A DNA stretch of 63,341 nt, filler included, from Folioceros fuciformis (Eukaryota), in assembly GCA_049999805.1 (NCBI GenBank). It is 14 parts of 14 records of this genome, joined end to end, with 100 filler letters (N's around TTAATTAATTAA, not from the genome) between each part and the next. Parts side by side here need not be neighbours in the genome. Positions count along the whole stretch, not along the records: positions 58,384 to 63,341 come from JBNGIO010002725.1; 13 more parts are not named here. The stretch is one strand, 5' to 3'. A program made the position numbers and the translations under genes. Numbering within the stretch: position 1 is the stretch's first letter; the number at the start of each line of letters is the position of its first letter. Shown in pieces: positions 60,522-63,341 of this stretch. The notes under the pieces are model-generated. The model saw only the letters and a program-made list of their open reading frames with translations. It was not told the DNA's origin and did not search any database.

Positions 60522-61838
60522 TGTGAACGAAAAAAAACTTTCGGAACCCCCATTTTGAGCGACGGAATGAGCAGGTTGTGATTCTTTTGTGAAGGGACAG
60601 GCGAATCGGCTTAGTAAGCGAGTAAGACCGGGGTGTTTACCCCCAAAGTCCACCTTGGGCTTCGGGGTTTGGGGAGTACGGGAGATCGGGACAAGGAGGG
60701 GGAAGCGGCGAGTGCCTCCTTGGCCCTCGGGTCGTTGAGGACATTAAGGTAGGCAAAAGTAAGGGCCCGAGGTGACGGGGCAACGGTAGCCGGCAAGGCA
60801 ACAGTTACCGGAGGGACGACTGGAGGTAGCCCGACGGTCGTAAGGGGAGAAAGCAGGCAGGGTACAAAAACCCTAGAGAAAGGGGAGCTCTGTCCAGCAT
60901 CCAAAAGTACGGGGAGCGGGAGTAACTTGAAGCGTGAAGCGGCTGAAAGAGGGGAAAGCGCCAGGACGACGGGAGAGACGGCGCAAGGTGTGAGAGGAGG
61001 AGGACAGGCAGGATGAGGGCGCGGCCTGAACTGATCCTTGGAGCAGCAGCCTCTGGACAGGAGGGGGGGCCTCCTGTCCCCCGAATTGACCTACTCCTGT
61101 GGCCCAATATGGAGCACTGGAGGGTCAGGGCAGGGAAGTTGGTGGCAGAGCGGGGTCTGAGCTTTATGACCCAGAAGTGGAACCATGCAGCACCCCAGCT
61201 GGTCAGGGAGTGCGCCCTGAGGTTGATAGAGCCTGTACGCGAGGAGGGGATTAGAGGCAAACCCCAGGAATGGAGCCTAGAGTTGATTAGGAAGGTCTAC
61301 GGGCGCGACCAATAGGAGGAGGGGGGACTGGTGCTGGAGTCCCTGAAGAAGCGTGGCGGGACGGGAGCCGCGGAAACGTTGCTCAAGGCAGGCACGAAAA
61401 AGGAAGCGAACGGGTGGCTGGTGCGCGACATGGCAAGTCCCCAGTTGTTGGGATTGGCCAGGTGGTTCCTGAGCTTCTTCCGGGTGCGTAAACAGGATTA
61501 TCTGTCCGACCAGATGCTCCTGTTTGTGCATGAAGTAGTGAAGGGTACCAGGATCGACTGGGGGCGGATTTTATATGTCCGGATGCATGAGGAGAGGCAG
61601 AACCTGATCCAACCCAATCCTGAACCTTCTATGATTTCCCCGTTCCTAATCCATGTGTATAGTTACACTAACCTAGTCACTGAGTTAGAAATGCTGGCCT
61701 CTCTGCACCTGTGGAAGCCAGTTCGCGATGTGAAGTAGAAGCCTGTTGAGCCAGCAAGGGCTGCCTCCAACAGTTGGGAAGCTGACAATGGGAATAGCTC
61801 GCAGGAGGAAACCCAAGTCAAGCCCAGGAAGAGGATGG
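60522..61838 (+). mobile_element. LTR-B-related LTR start with accessory ORF1 (61013-61838), interrupted by a copia
   Basis: TGTGAACGAAAAAAAACTTTCGGAACCCCCATTTTGA resembles the LTR-B start. ORF LLWPNMEHWRVRAG..WNHAAPQLVRE..GTRIDWGRILY..SMISPFLIHVY. Confidence 0.75.
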
Positions 61839-62120
61839 TGTAGGGTTATTAAAGCCCAATGTGCTTAGGCTAATGTGTTTAGTCTAAGATTAGTGTCTAG
61901 TTAAGTATCATTAGTTTAGATTAGCTTAAGCTAATATGTAGGAAGCTTCTTCCGCAGCTTCCTGTGAGCTTCTTGTGAAGCTTCCTAGGGAGCTCTTCTA
62001 GAGGGTATAAATACCCCCTTGAGCTCCCTTGCCAACTACTCTCAATGTGACCTCTTTTTCTACTCTCCTCTCTGCCTCCTCTTCTCCTCTCCTCCACCAT
62101 GCTCCTCTAGTGATCCTACA
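61839..62120 (+). mobile_element. Copia 5' LTR (282 bp) followed by a PBS-like TGGTGCTACAG
   Basis: Termini TGTAGG...CCTACA, TATAAATA at ~62006, then AG-TGG at 62121-62125. Confidence 0.85.
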
Positions 62121-62627
62121 AGTGGTGCTACAGAAGAATACGCCTGTCAAGCATGAAGATGGCCATCTAGGAGGGGGAGGGGTGCCACCTCGACGCCATG
62201 CAGGCGCCATGTGAGAGCCACTTGGGCGCCACATCAGCGCCATACGGGCGCCACCTAGGCGCCACTTGGGCGCCATGCAGGCGCCACCTAGGCACCACTT
62301 GGACACCACCTAGGCGCCACCGGGCACCACGTTGGCGCCCGTGACGCGCGAAACGAGCGTGCCAATGAAGCGAGGACCCGATTGACAAGCGCCGGAAAGT
62401 GAACAAATCGCAGACGCCGGAAGCGAGAGTGTGGGCACCGTATTGACCCCGGCTGAGGAAGTCAGGATCTCGATTAGACGTAGGTGGACATTCCTGTCAT
62501 GAGCGACAAAGGCCCAAGTTGTGGACATACGATTCGGAAGAAGTTGTGAGGGTAACCTGTAGAATCTACATTTCATTTCGACCAATTTCAAACTAGCTTT
62601 TTGGTTGATTTGGATCGATTTTGAAGC

Positions 62628-63341
62628 ATGATGTCCTCAGAAAACGTCATGTTCAATATCGAGAAGTTAGATGGTACTAACTTCCCGTTCTGGAAAGAAC
62701 AAGTGTATAATGTTCTAGTACAGAAGAAGCAGATCAAGCCCATCAAGTTGCTAGGAGTGAAACCTGTTAGCTTGACTCAGGATGAGTGGCAGGATCTAGA
62801 TGAGCTTGCTATGTCTACCATCATGCTAACAGTGTCGAAGTCGGTCTACTTCAACGTGAAAGACAAGACCACAAGTTTCGAGCTATGGCAGAAGCTGTGT
62901 GACTTGTATGAGAAGCAAAGTGCGGCTTCTCAGGTGTATTGGTTGAAACAGCTGGTGGACTTGAAGATGAAGGAAGGGACGAGGATGTCCGATCATCTGA
63001 ATGAGTTCAATACCATTTTCAGCCAGCTCTCATCTCAAGGTATCTCATTCCCAGATTCCGTGAGAGCTATGTTTCTGTTGGTCACATTACCAGAGAGTTG
63101 GGACACCTTCCGTACGGCTCTGAGTAATTCCGCTCCTGCCAGTGGTCTTACCGTTATAAATGTAGAAGGTAGCCTGTTAACAGAGGAGGTGAACAGGAAG
63201 AATAAGGAACCTTCGAAAGGTTCTAATGCCCTCATGATGAGAGGAAGGTCCACTTCAAAGGGGAAGTATTAGGAGCGAAGTTCTTCCCGTAGCAAATCTC
63301 GTAGTCGTAACAATGTTGAGTGTTACCATTGTCACAAGAAG
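62628..63341 (+). pseudogene. gag: Ty1/copia gag, same family as 16706-17420; stop at 63270; runs off the window end
   Basis: MSSENVMFNIEKLDGTNF..., nearly identical to the contig-5 element. Confidence 0.95.

Noticed and set aside
62105-62116. CTCTAGTGATCC shared between the copia LTR end and the 34-bp repeat at 5728
   Set aside because: A 12-nt match with no extension; plausible by chance.

Overview
Eukaryotic, almost certainly land-plant DNA (a non-seed lineage is my inference from the TE families). The window is 14 short contigs joined by artificial 100-nt N/TTAATTAATTAA/N spacers, so order across gaps has no biological meaning. Most of it is nested, decayed transposons: five Ty1/copia fragments, a chromovirus-like and an Athila-like Ty3/gypsy, L1-like and CRE-like LINE pieces, and a pogo/Tigger transposase. 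The only host gene is an intronless ATL-type TM-RING-H2 E3 ligase (32489-32995, -). Two observations stand out. (1) Two diverged copies of a Ty3/gypsy element carry a DNMT3-like C5-cytosine methyltransferase in frame after the protease, with an unusual W-E-C catalytic motif (34634-38863 -, ~39700-45337 +; RT/RNase H follow only in the second copy). (2) An Athila-like gypsy family appears to have a very long LTR (inferred ~4.5 kb) that itself encodes a ~750-aa accessory protein plus a small second ORF. All TE reading frames seen here are broken by stops or frameshifts, except one short CRE-like fragment.
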